A stretch of 29,565 nt of DNA from a virus, in the UHGV virus genome UHGV-0175179; one strand, given 5' to 3'. Position 1 is the first letter of the stretch; each line of letters begins with the position of its first letter. Below are positions 16,179 to 25,582 of the stretch, in pieces. The notes beneath the pieces are model-generated. The model did not search any database. It had not been told where the DNA came from and worked only from the letters and a program-made list of their open reading frames with translations. Both the position numbers and the translations under genes were made by a program.

Positions 16179-17321
16179 ATGACCTGGCCGAATGTCAACG
16201 TCAGTCAGAAAAACCGCTTCAACGGCACAACGAACGACGTCGAGCGCGTCATCCTCTTTGTGGGTTACGGCGACACTAACATCGGGAAAACCCAGTCGCT
16301 GAATACCGACAGCGATCTGGATAAAGCCCTGGGCGACAAAGACAGCCTGTTAAAAAGCATTGTGGCCGCTGCGGCCAATAACGCCGGTCAGAACTGGTTT
16401 GCTTATGTGCACGTACTGGGGCAACCGGACACGGAAGCCGAGGGCTATAAACCAGACGAGGACTGGATGAACGCGGTCAAACAGGCCCAGAGCGTGGCAT
16501 CCGTGGAAGGGATCCTTCTGGCTTTTGATACCACCGACGCGGCCACCATTAACCGCGCAACGGAAATGCGCGTCACCTTACAGGCCAGTTTTGGGCGTTT
16601 TATCTGGTTTGCCCTTGCTGTGGGCGGGCCGGAAAAGGACGAAGCGTGGAGCGACTATGTGACGCGCCTGGCAACACTCCAGGACGGTATTGCATCGCCT
16701 GGGGTACAACTGGTCCCGCGTCTGTGGGGTAACGAACCCGGCGTCCTGGTCGGTCGCTTGTGTAACCGTTCGGTGACGGTGGCAGACAGCCCCGCCCGCG
16801 TTGCAACCGGCGCAGTCACCGCGCTGGGTCGCGACGGCCTGCCGGTCGACGGGACGGGGGTCGAAATTGATCTGGCCGTGTTGCAGTCTTTGCAGGCAAA
16901 CCGCTACAGCGTGCCGATGTGGTATCACGATTTTGACGGCATCTACTGGGCTGACGGTCGCACCCTGGACGTTGAAGGCGGTGATTATCAGGTGATTGAA
17001 AACGTGCGCGTGGTTGATAAAGCCTCCCGCCGCGTCCGTCTGCGTGCAATCCCCAAAATTGCCGATCGTTCACTGAACAGCACACCGGGCAGCATCGCCG
17101 CGCATGAAACCTATTTCGGCAAGCCGCTGCGCGAAATGGCGATTGCAACCCAGATCAATGGCGTCGAATTTCCGGGCGAAGTGAAACCACCAAAGGACGG
17201 CGATATCACCATCACCTGGACCAGTAACGAAGCGGTACAGATTTACCTTGTGGTTCGACCGTATGAGAGCGCGAAAGAAATCGGCGTCAGCATCGAACTG
17301 GACACCTCACTGGAGAGCTAA
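16179..17321 (+). CDS. Putative tail sheath protein (not P2 FI-like in sequence)
   Basis: 380-aa protein immediately upstream of a ~150-aa tube-like protein and the chaperone/tape-measure pair. Assignment by synteny and size. Confidence 0.5.
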   Translation: MTWPNVNVSQKNRFNGTTNDVERVILFVGYGDTNIGKTQSLNTDSDLDKALGDKDSLLKSIVAAAANNAGQNWFAYVHVLGQPDTEAEGYKPDEDWMNAVKQAQSVASVEGILLAFDTTDAATINRATEMRVTLQASFGRFIWFALAVGGPEKDEAWSDYVTRLATLQDGIASPGVQLVPRLWGNEPGVLVGRLCNRSVTVADSPARVATGAVTALGRDGLPVDGTGVEIDLAVLQSLQANRYSVPMWYHDFDGIYWADGRTLDVEGGDYQVIENVRVVDKASRRVRLRAIPKIADRSLNSTPGSIAAHETYFGKPLREMAIATQINGVEFPGEVKPPKDGDITITWTSNEAVQIYLVVRPYESAKEIGVSIELDTSLES

Positions 17322-17324
17322 TCA

Positions 17325-17780
17325 ATGAATGAACGTATTAGCGGTGGATCATTCGATGTGAACTACGACGGCATCATGATTCACGTCGAAAACGCCACCG
17401 TCACCATTACGGACAACAGCGCGGTAGCACAAACCCGCGGCGTCCCGAACGGCCACACGAAAGGGTCAGTTTCGGCGGATGTGGAAGTCGAAGTCGATTC
17501 CCAGAACTTTAAAAAGTTTACCGCCGTGGCCCGTTCGGCAGGTTCCTGGCGAGCCATTCCGGCAAAGGACTTTTTGTTCTACGCCAACGCCGGGGACGAC
17601 GAAGAAAAAATCGAGGTGTTTGGCTGCGTTCCGACGCTGTCTGACATCGTCAACATCAACCCCAACGAGGCCAGCAAAACCACGAAGAAAATTAAATTCA
17701 TGGTGACAAGCCCGGACTTTGTCGCGATTGACGGCGTGCCGTACCTGTCAGCCCGTGACACTCGCGATCTTAAAGGCTGA
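17325..17780 (+). CDS. Putative tail tube protein
   Basis: 151 aa, beta-rich, directly after the sheath candidate. Confidence 0.5.
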   Translation: MNERISGGSFDVNYDGIMIHVENATVTITDNSAVAQTRGVPNGHTKGSVSADVEVEVDSQNFKKFTAVARSAGSWRAIPAKDFLFYANAGDDEEKIEVFGCVPTLSDIVNINPNEASKTTKKIKFMVTSPDFVAIDGVPYLSARDTRDLKG

Positions 17781-17784
17781 CACG

Positions 17785-18096
17785 ATGATGAACGGAGAAA
17801 CGTCACTGCTTGAAAAGCTGTTGCTTATCGGGGCCGTGATCGGTCTGGGGCAACTGATGGTCAGCAATGAGCGAATCACAACCCGTCTGCTGGTCGGGCG
17901 GATGATTCTGGGATCTGCGGTCGCACCGCTGGCCGCAATCCCGCTACTGAAATTCCCCGATATGCCGGAACTGGTCGTCATTGGGCTGGCCTGCGCCCTG
18001 GGCATTCTGGGAAGCGCGTTTATTGAGGCCGGGTTAAAGCGCTGCCTGGATATGTATATCAAGCGATGGGGGAGCAAGCGCAATGAAACTGAGTGA
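17785..18096 (+). CDS. Holin (small membrane protein with three predicted TM segments)
   Basis: ~103 aa with three hydrophobic stretches (LLLIGAVIGLGQLMV, LLVGRMILGSAVAPLAAIPLL, LVVIGLACALGILGSAFIEAGL) and a charged C-terminus. Immediately upstream of the endolysin. Confidence 0.6.
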   Translation: MMNGETSLLEKLLLIGAVIGLGQLMVSNERITTRLLVGRMILGSAVAPLAAIPLLKFPDMPELVVIGLACALGILGSAFIEAGLKRCLDMYIKRWGSKRNETE

Positions 18097-18421
18097 AAAA
18101 CAGCAACTTTTCACGGTGATGATCGCCAACCTGATTCATTTTGCCGAAGAAAAGGGTTATCGCCTGACGTTTGGCGAAGCGTACCGCACGCCGGAACAGG
18201 CCGCGCTTAACGCAAAAAATGGGAGCGGCATTACTAACAGCCTGCATACCCAGCGCCTGGCGGTGGATTTTAACCTGTTTGTTAACGGCGAATACCAGAC
18301 CGACAGTGCCGCATATCGCCCCCTGGGCGAATACTGGGAATCTATCGGCGGATCGTGGGGTGGCCGTTTCAGTAAGCCGGACGGGAACCATTTCAGTCTT
18401 GAGCATAACGGGGTTCGCTGA
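18083..18421 (+). CDS. Endolysin, peptidase M15-type (L-alanyl-D-glutamate / VanY-like zinc peptidase fold)
   Basis: SLHTQRLAVD fits the SxHxxGxAxD zinc-binding motif and DGNHFSLEH supplies the distal His. 112 aa. Flanked by holin and spanin genes. Confidence 0.7.
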   Translation: MKLSEKQQLFTVMIANLIHFAEEKGYRLTFGEAYRTPEQAALNAKNGSGITNSLHTQRLAVDFNLFVNGEYQTDSAAYRPLGEYWESIGGSWGGRFSKPDGNHFSLEHNGVR

Positions 18422-18804
18422 TGCGTAATTTGCTGGGTCTTTTGCTGATTCTGGTCGCTGCGATGTCAGCGGGCTGGCAGGCGCATGACTGGCACGACGC
18501 AAAGCTGAAACTCGCTGCCAGTGAAGCGGCAGAACAAACGCGCCAGATTGTCGTTGATATGACGCAACAGTCTGGCGCCGCGCTGGAAGCAAAACTCGCG
18601 GAGCTGAGGGCCAATGAAATTCACACGGAACGGGTTATCCGCACGGAAACCATTAAGCCGGTTTTTAGCAACGTTTGCGCTTCTGATGATTACGTCCGGT
18701 TGTTCAACGAAAGTGCAGATCAAGCCGAACGAAAATTATCAGGAAAACCAGCTGACACTTTGCCCGGTCACGCTGCCACGTCTGGCCGGACCGACCGGAA
18801 ATGA
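18421..18804 (+). CDS. i-spanin (Rz / LysB-like)
   Basis: N-terminal TM segment (LLGLLLILVAAMSAGW) followed by a charged helical region (AKLKLAASEAAEQTRQ...LEAKLAELRANE). Start overlaps the endolysin stop. Confidence 0.65.
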   Translation: MRNLLGLLLILVAAMSAGWQAHDWHDAKLKLAASEAAEQTRQIVVDMTQQSGAALEAKLAELRANEIHTERVIRTETIKPVFSNVCASDDYVRLFNESADQAERKLSGKPADTLPGHAATSGRTDRK

Positions 18805-18910
18805 CTTTGACGCGGCGCTGAAAGCCTACCGGCTGATGTATACCGACTGCGCCGCCCGACATAACGCCCTGGTGGGCAACATTCGACAACGTAAGGAATT
18901 TGCACAATGA
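18614..18910 (+). CDS. o-spanin (Rz1 / LysC-like outer-membrane lipoprotein), overlapping the i-spanin gene in another frame
   Basis: Signal peptide with lipobox LLMITSGC. Starts inside the i-spanin gene and extends beyond it. Stop overlaps the next gene's ATG. Confidence 0.65.
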   Translation: MKFTRNGLSARKPLSRFLATFALLMITSGCSTKVQIKPNENYQENQLTLCPVTLPRLAGPTGNDFDAALKAYRLMYTDCAARHNALVGNIRQRKEFAQ

Positions 18911-19176
18911 GTAAACCGAAAAAAATCGCCATGACCGTGGCGGGCGTAAATCTGAGCTTTGAGCCGAATAAAACCGCGTTTAACAACCTGCTTAACGAAA
19001 TGACCATGACCAATAAGGTTGCCCCTATGGTGACGTATCTGGGCCGCATTGTTGATGCCGAGTGTAAAGAGTCGCTCAACAAGCTGATGGAAGATTATCC
19101 GGGTTGCGAAATGCAGATCGTCGAGAAAGTTAACGAGATTTACTCCCCCAAACTTGAGATCGAAGTAAAAAACTGA
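18907..19176 (+). CDS. Tail assembly chaperone (P2 gpE / lambda gpG analogue), short form
   Basis: 89-aa ORF immediately upstream of the tape measure gene. Ends with slippery heptamer A_AAA_AAC in the zero-frame register. Confidence 0.6.
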   Translation: MSKPKKIAMTVAGVNLSFEPNKTAFNNLLNEMTMTNKVAPMVTYLGRIVDAECKESLNKLMEDYPGCEMQIVEKVNEIYSPKLEIEVKN

Positions 19177-19364
19177 CGGCGCGGGTAGCGGCCATTCGCA
19201 CAAATGCGCTTGAGCAATACCTTGCCCTGCGCCGCTACTACCTCCCGCACGAAGCCGACGACGAAGAAAGCATCGCCCGCGCCCTGTGGCTGGACGAATA
19301 TTTCGCCCAGACCCGCGCCAGCAAGACGGCGGAAGGGATAGCCATCGCATTTAACGGAAACTGA
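18907..19364 (+). CDS. Tail assembly chaperone frameshift-extended form (gpE+E' / gpGT analogue) via -1 programmed frameshift
   Basis: The -1 frame is open from 19173 to a TGA at 19362-19364 with no internal ATG. It fills exactly the otherwise empty 190 bp before the tape measure start at 19366. Confidence 0.55.
19167..19173 (+). other. Programmed -1 ribosomal frameshift slippery site A_AAA_AAC
   Basis: Heptamer AAAAAAC in the X_XXY_YYZ register relative to the chaperone frame, 1 nt before the zero-frame stop. Confidence 0.55.
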
Positions 19365-19365
19365 T

Positions 19366-21480
19366 ATGAGCCACCTGGATTTTACCCTGAGCCTGATCGA
19401 TAAGCTGACGCGGCCATTAAAGACGGCCCAGTCTTCGTTGTCCGGCTTTGCTGAAAAATCGCAGGCGTCTTTTACAAAAATCGGGATCGGTGCGGCGGCT
19501 GTCTGGGGGGTGGCACAGTCCATCGCGGGCGTGGTGGGTCCGGCGTATGAGATGAACGCCGCACTTGCAGAAGTGGGTTCCAAAGGCGTGGCAGAGGACG
19601 CGCTGAAGCGTCTGTCCGGTGAAGCCATGCGATTCAGTATGCGCTACGGCAAAGGGGCCGTTGATGTGGTCCGGTCAAGCTATGCGATGAAAGGCGCAAT
19701 GGCGGGCCTGTCCGATATGGACCTGCCCCGCGTCACCATCGCGGCCAATACCCTGGCCGCAGGCGTCAAGGCCAGCGGCGAAGAGGCAGGCGAATACATC
19801 GGCGCGATGGCGTCACGCTTCAACGCGGAGTTGTCCAGTCTGGGCCATGTACGTTTTGCCGAAGAGCTGGCAGGGAAAACGGCGTACATGGTGCAAAACT
19901 TCGGCGTGAAAATGCAGACCATGCAGGAGCTTATCGAGGGGACGAAAAGCGCCGGTGCTGACTTTGGCGTCAGCCTGGATGAACAGTTCGCCGTCCTGGG
20001 TACGCTTTCGCGCACGCTGGGTACTGAGGCCAGCGGGATCTACGAGCAGTTTTTACGCAGCGCCCCGGCTGCCGCTGAAAAGCTGGGTATGAGCTTTGTC
20101 GATGCCACCGGAAAAATGCTGCCGATGGGTGACATTCTGCAAAAACTTCAGAGCAAATACGGGCAGAGCATTGAAGGAAACGTCAAGGCACAACAGGCGC
20201 TGGACGCCGCGTTCGGTGGTGGTGCTGACGTTATCAAAAAGCTGTACGGTCAGCAGGATAAATTAAACCGCAGCATCACCGAACTGGGCAGAAATGACGG
20301 GATGAAACGCGCCCAGGAAATGGCCGAACGAATGGCCGAGCCGTGGGAACGTATCAAAGCGACATTCTTTGCCATTCGCGCGGCGATTGGTAACACGCTG
20401 ATCCCTATCCTGTCGCCGCTGATGAACCGTATTGCCGACGTGGGGACAAAATTTGCCCGCTGGCTGGATATGTTCCCGAATATTGCCCGCTGGCTGGGTT
20501 ACATCACCCTGGGCGTGTTGTCATTCGGGCTGGCCGGGGCGGCGGTCAATATCGTGATGGGGGTCTTTGGCTTCACCATGACGGGGCTGGCCGCAATCGC
20601 TAAGGTACTGGGCGGCGCATGGAAACTCCTGTTATGGACGCTCAACCTGTTGCGTCCGTCCCTGCTGACGACGCGCATCGGTCTGGCTGCATTGTGGATC
20701 CAGTCAAAATTACTGGCGCTGTGGACGGGCGTCTGCCGCATCGCGCTTGCTGCATGGAATATCGCGTTAAAGGCCGGGGCCATTGCCATGCGGGTTTACG
20801 GCGCGGCGACCATGTTTGCCGGGGCTGCAATGCAATTCCTGATGAGTCCGATCACCCTGATTATTGCCGCGCTGGCACTTCTGGCCGTGGGGGTCTGGTA
20901 CGTCGTCACCCATTGGGAAGAACTGGCGGCAGCGGTCATGAATACGGCGGCTTTTGACTGGGTGATGTCGGTCGCGGAACAGGTGGGCCAGGTGTTTGCG
21001 CAGGTCTGGCAGTCCATCACTGACGGCTGGGCCGTGGTGGTTGATTTCTTTGCCGGTCTTTCCCCGCTTGCCACCTTTGAAGGGTTCGCACAAACCATCG
21101 GCGGGGTATTCAGCAAACTTTTTGACGTCCTCAAAAATACCTTTGCGTCTACCTATAACTGGATTGTGGAGAAGTTAAACAAGATCCCCGGCGTCAACAT
21201 CGACCTGAAAACCGTTTCGCCACCGGCAGCGGCTGCCGTTCCGGCAAACGCGGTCATTCCTGACAGTGCTGCAGGTTCGTCGAAGCTGAACAGCCCGTCA
21301 GTGCTGACGGGGAACCGAATTAATGCAGACATCCCACGCGGCGGCCTGATGAGTCAGGTTAAAACCGACAGCAAAACCGCCGTTGATAACCGTAAATCGT
21401 GGGGCGATACCTACATCAACGCCCCCAATGGAATCACCCCGGCCCAGTTGGCTGAATGGCAGGAGCTTAACGCAGGATGA
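19366..21480 (+). CDS. Tail tape measure protein
   Basis: 704 aa, Ala/Gly-rich with hydrophobic segments in the C-terminal half. Follows the frameshifted chaperone pair. Confidence 0.85.
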   Translation: MSHLDFTLSLIDKLTRPLKTAQSSLSGFAEKSQASFTKIGIGAAAVWGVAQSIAGVVGPAYEMNAALAEVGSKGVAEDALKRLSGEAMRFSMRYGKGAVDVVRSSYAMKGAMAGLSDMDLPRVTIAANTLAAGVKASGEEAGEYIGAMASRFNAELSSLGHVRFAEELAGKTAYMVQNFGVKMQTMQELIEGTKSAGADFGVSLDEQFAVLGTLSRTLGTEASGIYEQFLRSAPAAAEKLGMSFVDATGKMLPMGDILQKLQSKYGQSIEGNVKAQQALDAAFGGGADVIKKLYGQQDKLNRSITELGRNDGMKRAQEMAERMAEPWERIKATFFAIRAAIGNTLIPILSPLMNRIADVGTKFARWLDMFPNIARWLGYITLGVLSFGLAGAAVNIVMGVFGFTMTGLAAIAKVLGGAWKLLLWTLNLLRPSLLTTRIGLAALWIQSKLLALWTGVCRIALAAWNIALKAGAIAMRVYGAATMFAGAAMQFLMSPITLIIAALALLAVGVWYVVTHWEELAAAVMNTAAFDWVMSVAEQVGQVFAQVWQSITDGWAVVVDFFAGLSPLATFEGFAQTIGGVFSKLFDVLKNTFASTYNWIVEKLNKIPGVNIDLKTVSPPAAAAVPANAVIPDSAAGSSKLNSPSVLTGNRINADIPRGGLMSQVKTDSKTAVDNRKSWGDTYINAPNGITPAQLAEWQELNAG

Positions 21481-21812
21481 GTACCGAACCGTTATACATC
21501 GACCTTTTGATCACTGACGGTGATTTCACGCTGGACAGCGGCAACGAGCCGCGCCGTTGCGATAACCGCGACAGCATCACCCAGGACATTATTCACAGCA
21601 TTCTGGAAAGCGGTATCACCACCCGCCTGATCGGTGAACGCAGCCCGACAATGCGCGGTGACGTGCTGACGCAACTGTCCTTATTGGTGGAAAGCGACGA
21701 ACGTCTGGTCCCAGGAACCATAGTGATCACCGAAGAAACCCTTTCGCGGTTGTATGTCACGGCGGAAACCTACGATTTCGGCCCTGTCGGTACAGAGGTT
21801 AACTATGACTGA
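21477..21812 (+). CDS. Putative small baseplate protein (111 aa)
   Basis: ATG overlaps the tape measure stop (ATGA). Lies between tape measure and the baseplate J-like gene. No clear match to P2 gpW. Confidence 0.35.
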   Translation: MSTEPLYIDLLITDGDFTLDSGNEPRRCDNRDSITQDIIHSILESGITTRLIGERSPTMRGDVLTQLSLLVESDERLVPGTIVITEETLSRLYVTAETYDFGPVGTEVNYD

Positions 21813-22989
21813 GAAACCCGACGTTGATTTTGAAAAGGTACTGAATGACAGCGGGATGCCCGCGACAGAGGCCGAGATTACAGCGGCATTTAAAGCCACC
21901 GTGCAGGCGGAAGGATTTGTCACAAACACGTCGAGGATGTCACCTTTCTGGCGGCTGATTTCGAAGATTGTCACCACGCCGGTGTTATGGCTGCGTGCGG
22001 CGCTGATCGATGTGGTTCTGCGCAACATGTTTGTTGCGACGGCCACCGGTCCCATGTTGCGCCTGTTGGCCTGGGCAGTTCATATCGTGCCTAAAGCGGC
22101 CAGTGCTGCCGATGGCGTGCTTCGGTTCTATAAGCTGAATGCGGCGGATGCGGTCGTTGTGCCTGCCGGAACACTGGTGCAAACGGAGCGCATTAACGGC
22201 GTGGTTTATGTACTGGCCGTGAATGAAGACGTGACACTGCCTGCCGGGGTTGAAAGTGGCCTTGTTCCCGTTACAGCGACTGGCACCGGCAGCGGCTACA
22301 ACCTTGCGCCGGGCTATTACCGGATCTTACCCGTTGAAGTGGCCGGGATCGCCAGCGTGGTTAATGAGGACGAATGGCTGATTACGCCGGGGGCGAATGA
22401 AGAAAGCGACGACGAGCTACGCGACCGCACCCGCAACCAGTTTAATCTGGTGGGGAATTACCACTCTGACGCTATCTACCGGAGCATGATTGCCAGCGTT
22501 CTGGGGCTGAGCGTTGATCGCATTTACTTTTTGCACGATGCCCCACGAGGGCCGGGTACGGCAAATGCTTACCTGTTACTGGATACCGGCGAAGCATCGC
22601 AACCCTTTATTGATGCGGTTAACGATTATGTGAATACCCAGGGCCACCACGGACACGGTGACGATCTGCAGTGTTATGCCATGCCAGAAACCAGCCACAC
22701 CCTGGCGGTGACGGTCTACGTCAAAAGCGTGGAAAACATGGAAGCGGAAGATCTGAGCAGGTTAAAAACCGGTATTACCGACCTGATTCGTTGCGCATTT
22801 CGCGAGAACGCCAATTACGACGTAAAAAAGACGCAACCCTATTCGCGCTATTCCTTTTCGAATCTGGGCCGCGAGATCCACAAGACTTTTCCGGTTGTCG
22901 ATTCCCTGCATTTTTCGCTGACGGATATCGTCAGCGAACTGTCGGTCCCGCGCCTGTCAGGGTTAACGGTGGAGATTGAGAATGACTGA
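21805..22989 (+). CDS. Baseplate J-like protein (gpJ / gp47 family); ATG at 21805 rather than the track start 21754
   Basis: NEESDDELRDRTRNQF resembles the conserved ESDxxLRxR segment of baseplate J proteins. GAGG RBS 7 nt before the ATG at 21805, which overlaps the upstream stop. Confidence 0.65.
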   Translation: MTEKPDVDFEKVLNDSGMPATEAEITAAFKATVQAEGFVTNTSRMSPFWRLISKIVTTPVLWLRAALIDVVLRNMFVATATGPMLRLLAWAVHIVPKAASAADGVLRFYKLNAADAVVVPAGTLVQTERINGVVYVLAVNEDVTLPAGVESGLVPVTATGTGSGYNLAPGYYRILPVEVAGIASVVNEDEWLITPGANEESDDELRDRTRNQFNLVGNYHSDAIYRSMIASVLGLSVDRIYFLHDAPRGPGTANAYLLLDTGEASQPFIDAVNDYVNTQGHHGHGDDLQCYAMPETSHTLAVTVYVKSVENMEAEDLSRLKTGITDLIRCAFRENANYDVKKTQPYSRYSFSNLGREIHKTFPVVDSLHFSLTDIVSELSVPRLSGLTVEIEND

Positions 22990-23575
22990 GTTTTTGAAGT
23001 CGCTTGCCGGTCTTAAATTACCGTCGTGGATGAATAAAGGCGACCCTGCCAGGCTGCTGCGTGCCTGCGTAAAATTCTGGTCGCAGGTGTACGGGTGGAT
23101 CACCTGGCCGTTAAAACAGTTTGACCCGCTGGTCTGCCCCGAGCCGTTGTTAAATCTGATTGCCTGGGAACGTGATATTACCCGGTTTAAGGGTGAGCCA
23201 ATCGACATTTTCCGTAAACGGGTGAACTACGCATTTATTAATGCTCAGCAGGCCGGAGAAGTGGCGGGATTTGTCGCCATTTTTGAGCGGCTGGGGATTG
23301 GTTACGTTGAATTACTGGAGCGGCAGGATGGGCTTGACTGGGACGTAATTGTCGTTCGCGTGACAGATCGCCAGATAGCAAGCAACAGTGATCTCCTGCT
23401 GGAAATTATTCGTAAATACGGGCGCACCTGCCGACGTTACCGCTTTGAGGTAATCAATGCCGTGCCACTGAATATCAATATTGGCTGGTATCAGGGGGAA
23501 TATATTTGCTGGCCCGCCACCCTGGGTGATGTGAATAACCAGTCAGAAGCAACATATAGCGCAAGTTTGAAGTAG
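22982..23575 (+). CDS. Putative baseplate / tail protein (gpI-like position)
   Basis: ~198 aa. ATG at 22982 overlaps the J stop, with GGAG 7 nt upstream. Assignment by synteny (J then I then fibre). Confidence 0.45.
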   Translation: MTEFLKSLAGLKLPSWMNKGDPARLLRACVKFWSQVYGWITWPLKQFDPLVCPEPLLNLIAWERDITRFKGEPIDIFRKRVNYAFINAQQAGEVAGFVAIFERLGIGYVELLERQDGLDWDVIVVRVTDRQIASNSDLLLEIIRKYGRTCRRYRFEVINAVPLNINIGWYQGEYICWPATLGDVNNQSEATYSASLK

Positions 23576-23586
23576 AGGAAAGACCT

Positions 23587-25134
23587 ATGTCACAGGCCGT
23601 TATTACAAAAGTATTTTCAGAATGGAAAGCCCGGCAGGCAATTGATAATCAGCCCGTCACGCTGGATGAATTTATTTTCGCTTATATTCCGGGGCTGGAT
23701 ACTGATAAGCCGATTGATAATACCGAGACAATACCCACAGCGGATAAAATTGTTGATCGCCTGCCGGTAAGTAAAACCGGCGTTGTGAATGAAAATTCTG
23801 TCGTTTATTCCGTCACTCTGGGTGCGGATGTGGGCGATTATGATTTCAACTGGATCGGACTGGCAAATAAAGCCACCGGTACACTGGCGATGATTATTCA
23901 CGCCCCGACCCAGCGCAAAATCAAAAATACGAACGGCCAGCAGGGAAACGTGCTGGTTCGTTCCATGCTGATGGAATACAGCGGAGCCAGGGAAGCAACA
24001 GAAATTACCACCCCGGCAGAGACATGGCAGATTGATTTTACTGCCCGCCTGGCGGCAATGGATGAGCGCCAGCGCCGCGAAAATATCGATCTGTATGGCG
24101 CAGCGGCATTTTTTGATTCGGGTTACCTGGTCGCAAAGTCCGGCAATCAGTTTTTTGTCACAAAGGGGGCGGGATACGTTGCCGGGTTGCGTGCTGAGCT
24201 GCCCGCAGACCTGAACATCACCGCATCCGCCAGGCCAACAAAGGTCTGGCTTGATGTCTGCTGGACAGGGACGTTAACGAGTGAATGGGCAGTACAGAGC
24301 AACATTACCGTTGCGGCAGATCTTGCCGATTATGTGCTGGGCGGAGTGCAGCATTATGTCTTTGCACTCGCCAGTATTGATGCCGCTGGCAATATCACAG
24401 ATTTACGCCCGAAAGGCACGCTGAATGACCAGGCGGCCAGCGATGCGCTAAAAAAGCATGAGCAATCCAGAAATCATCCTGATGCATCAACCAGCGAAAA
24501 AGGTTTTGTACAGTTAAGCAGTGCAACGGACAGCGATTCCGAAAAACTGGCCGCAACGCCCGCAGCGGTTAAGCAGGTTAACGAGAACGCCAATAAAAGA
24601 CAGCTGGCGAACCCCCTGTTAACTGCGCTTGCCGATCTTGTCACGAAAAAGGACATGTTTCCGTGGTTTACCGGGAAAAATACGGTTGCCATGAGCGCTT
24701 TGACAGAGTTTGCGCGTGAATTGCTAAGTAAAGGGGATGTGGCATCCGTTCTCAGGCATCTGACGCTGGGAGATGCTGCAACAAAAGATGTTGGTGTCAT
24801 GCCAGGACAGGTATTACCCGCCGCCGCTTTTACCGCGCATCTGTCTGGCTCGGGAATGTGTAAGTTTCCTGTGCAGGCAACATCCGGGGCGGTTATTAAT
24901 CTGATTTTTATGTGGGGTGTCACCAGTACCCCGCCAGGATCGTCAGGTGGTTACAATTTCCACACGGCATTTCCTTATGCCTGCCTGATGGCGATGGGGT
25001 GTCGCGGGGCAGATGGTACGAATGCCAGCATGAACGTCAGGGCGCATAACAACACAACAATGATTATTCAGAACTGGGCGCCAGTGGGTTCCGGTTACTG
25101 GGAAGAATGCATCTGGTTTGCAATTGGTTACTGA
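23587..25134 (+). CDS. Tail fibre protein
   Basis: 515 aa. Contains the conserved fibre motif HPDASTSEKGFVQLSSATDSDSEKLAATPAAVKQV. Followed by a tail fibre assembly gene. G+C lower than the surrounding tail genes. Confidence 0.8.
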   Translation: MSQAVITKVFSEWKARQAIDNQPVTLDEFIFAYIPGLDTDKPIDNTETIPTADKIVDRLPVSKTGVVNENSVVYSVTLGADVGDYDFNWIGLANKATGTLAMIIHAPTQRKIKNTNGQQGNVLVRSMLMEYSGAREATEITTPAETWQIDFTARLAAMDERQRRENIDLYGAAAFFDSGYLVAKSGNQFFVTKGAGYVAGLRAELPADLNITASARPTKVWLDVCWTGTLTSEWAVQSNITVAADLADYVLGGVQHYVFALASIDAAGNITDLRPKGTLNDQAASDALKKHEQSRNHPDASTSEKGFVQLSSATDSDSEKLAATPAAVKQVNENANKRQLANPLLTALADLVTKKDMFPWFTGKNTVAMSALTEFARELLSKGDVASVLRHLTLGDAATKDVGVMPGQVLPAAAFTAHLSGSGMCKFPVQATSGAVINLIFMWGVTSTPPGSSGGYNFHTAFPYACLMAMGCRGADGTNASMNVRAHNNTTMIIQNWAPVGSGYWEECIWFAIGY

Positions 25135-25138
25135 GGTG

Positions 25139-25582
25139 ATGATGAGTGATAAATATCGTTTTTCCGGAAATATTTTTTATCCATATTCCAGTAAAGCTGA
25201 TTTTGATGCTGCCGGAACCTGGCCGAAATCCGGCGTGGATGTAGATTTGAATACTTATCTGACTTTTATTCAGCCGCCTCCATATGGAAAGCTGCTTGGT
25301 ACAGATAAAACAGGCGCACCATGCTGGATTGATATTCCGCCATTAACGCGCGAACAACTGATTACCCAGGCTAAATATGAGAAAAGTCGCCGTCTGGACG
25401 AAATTAATACATTTATCAATGACAGGCAGTGGCCGGGTAAAGCAGTGCTGGGTCGTCTTACTGACGACGAAAAAGAACTGTATGGCAAAGCCCTGGATTA
25501 CCTTGATGAGCTTAGCGCTTTAGATCCGCAGGATATACCAGACAACTGGCCGGAATTTGAAGGTTTTAACAATGTGGCGTAA
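25139..25582 (+). CDS. Tail fibre assembly protein (Tfa / gpG-like)
   Basis: C-terminal signature DRQWPGKA...EKELYGKALDYLDELSALDPQDIPDNWPE typical of Tfa chaperones. Low G+C. Start at tandem ATGs 25139/25142. Confidence 0.75.
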   Translation: MMSDKYRFSGNIFYPYSSKADFDAAGTWPKSGVDVDLNTYLTFIQPPPYGKLLGTDKTGAPCWIDIPPLTREQLITQAKYEKSRRLDEINTFINDRQWPGKAVLGRLTDDEKELYGKALDYLDELSALDPQDIPDNWPEFEGFNNVA

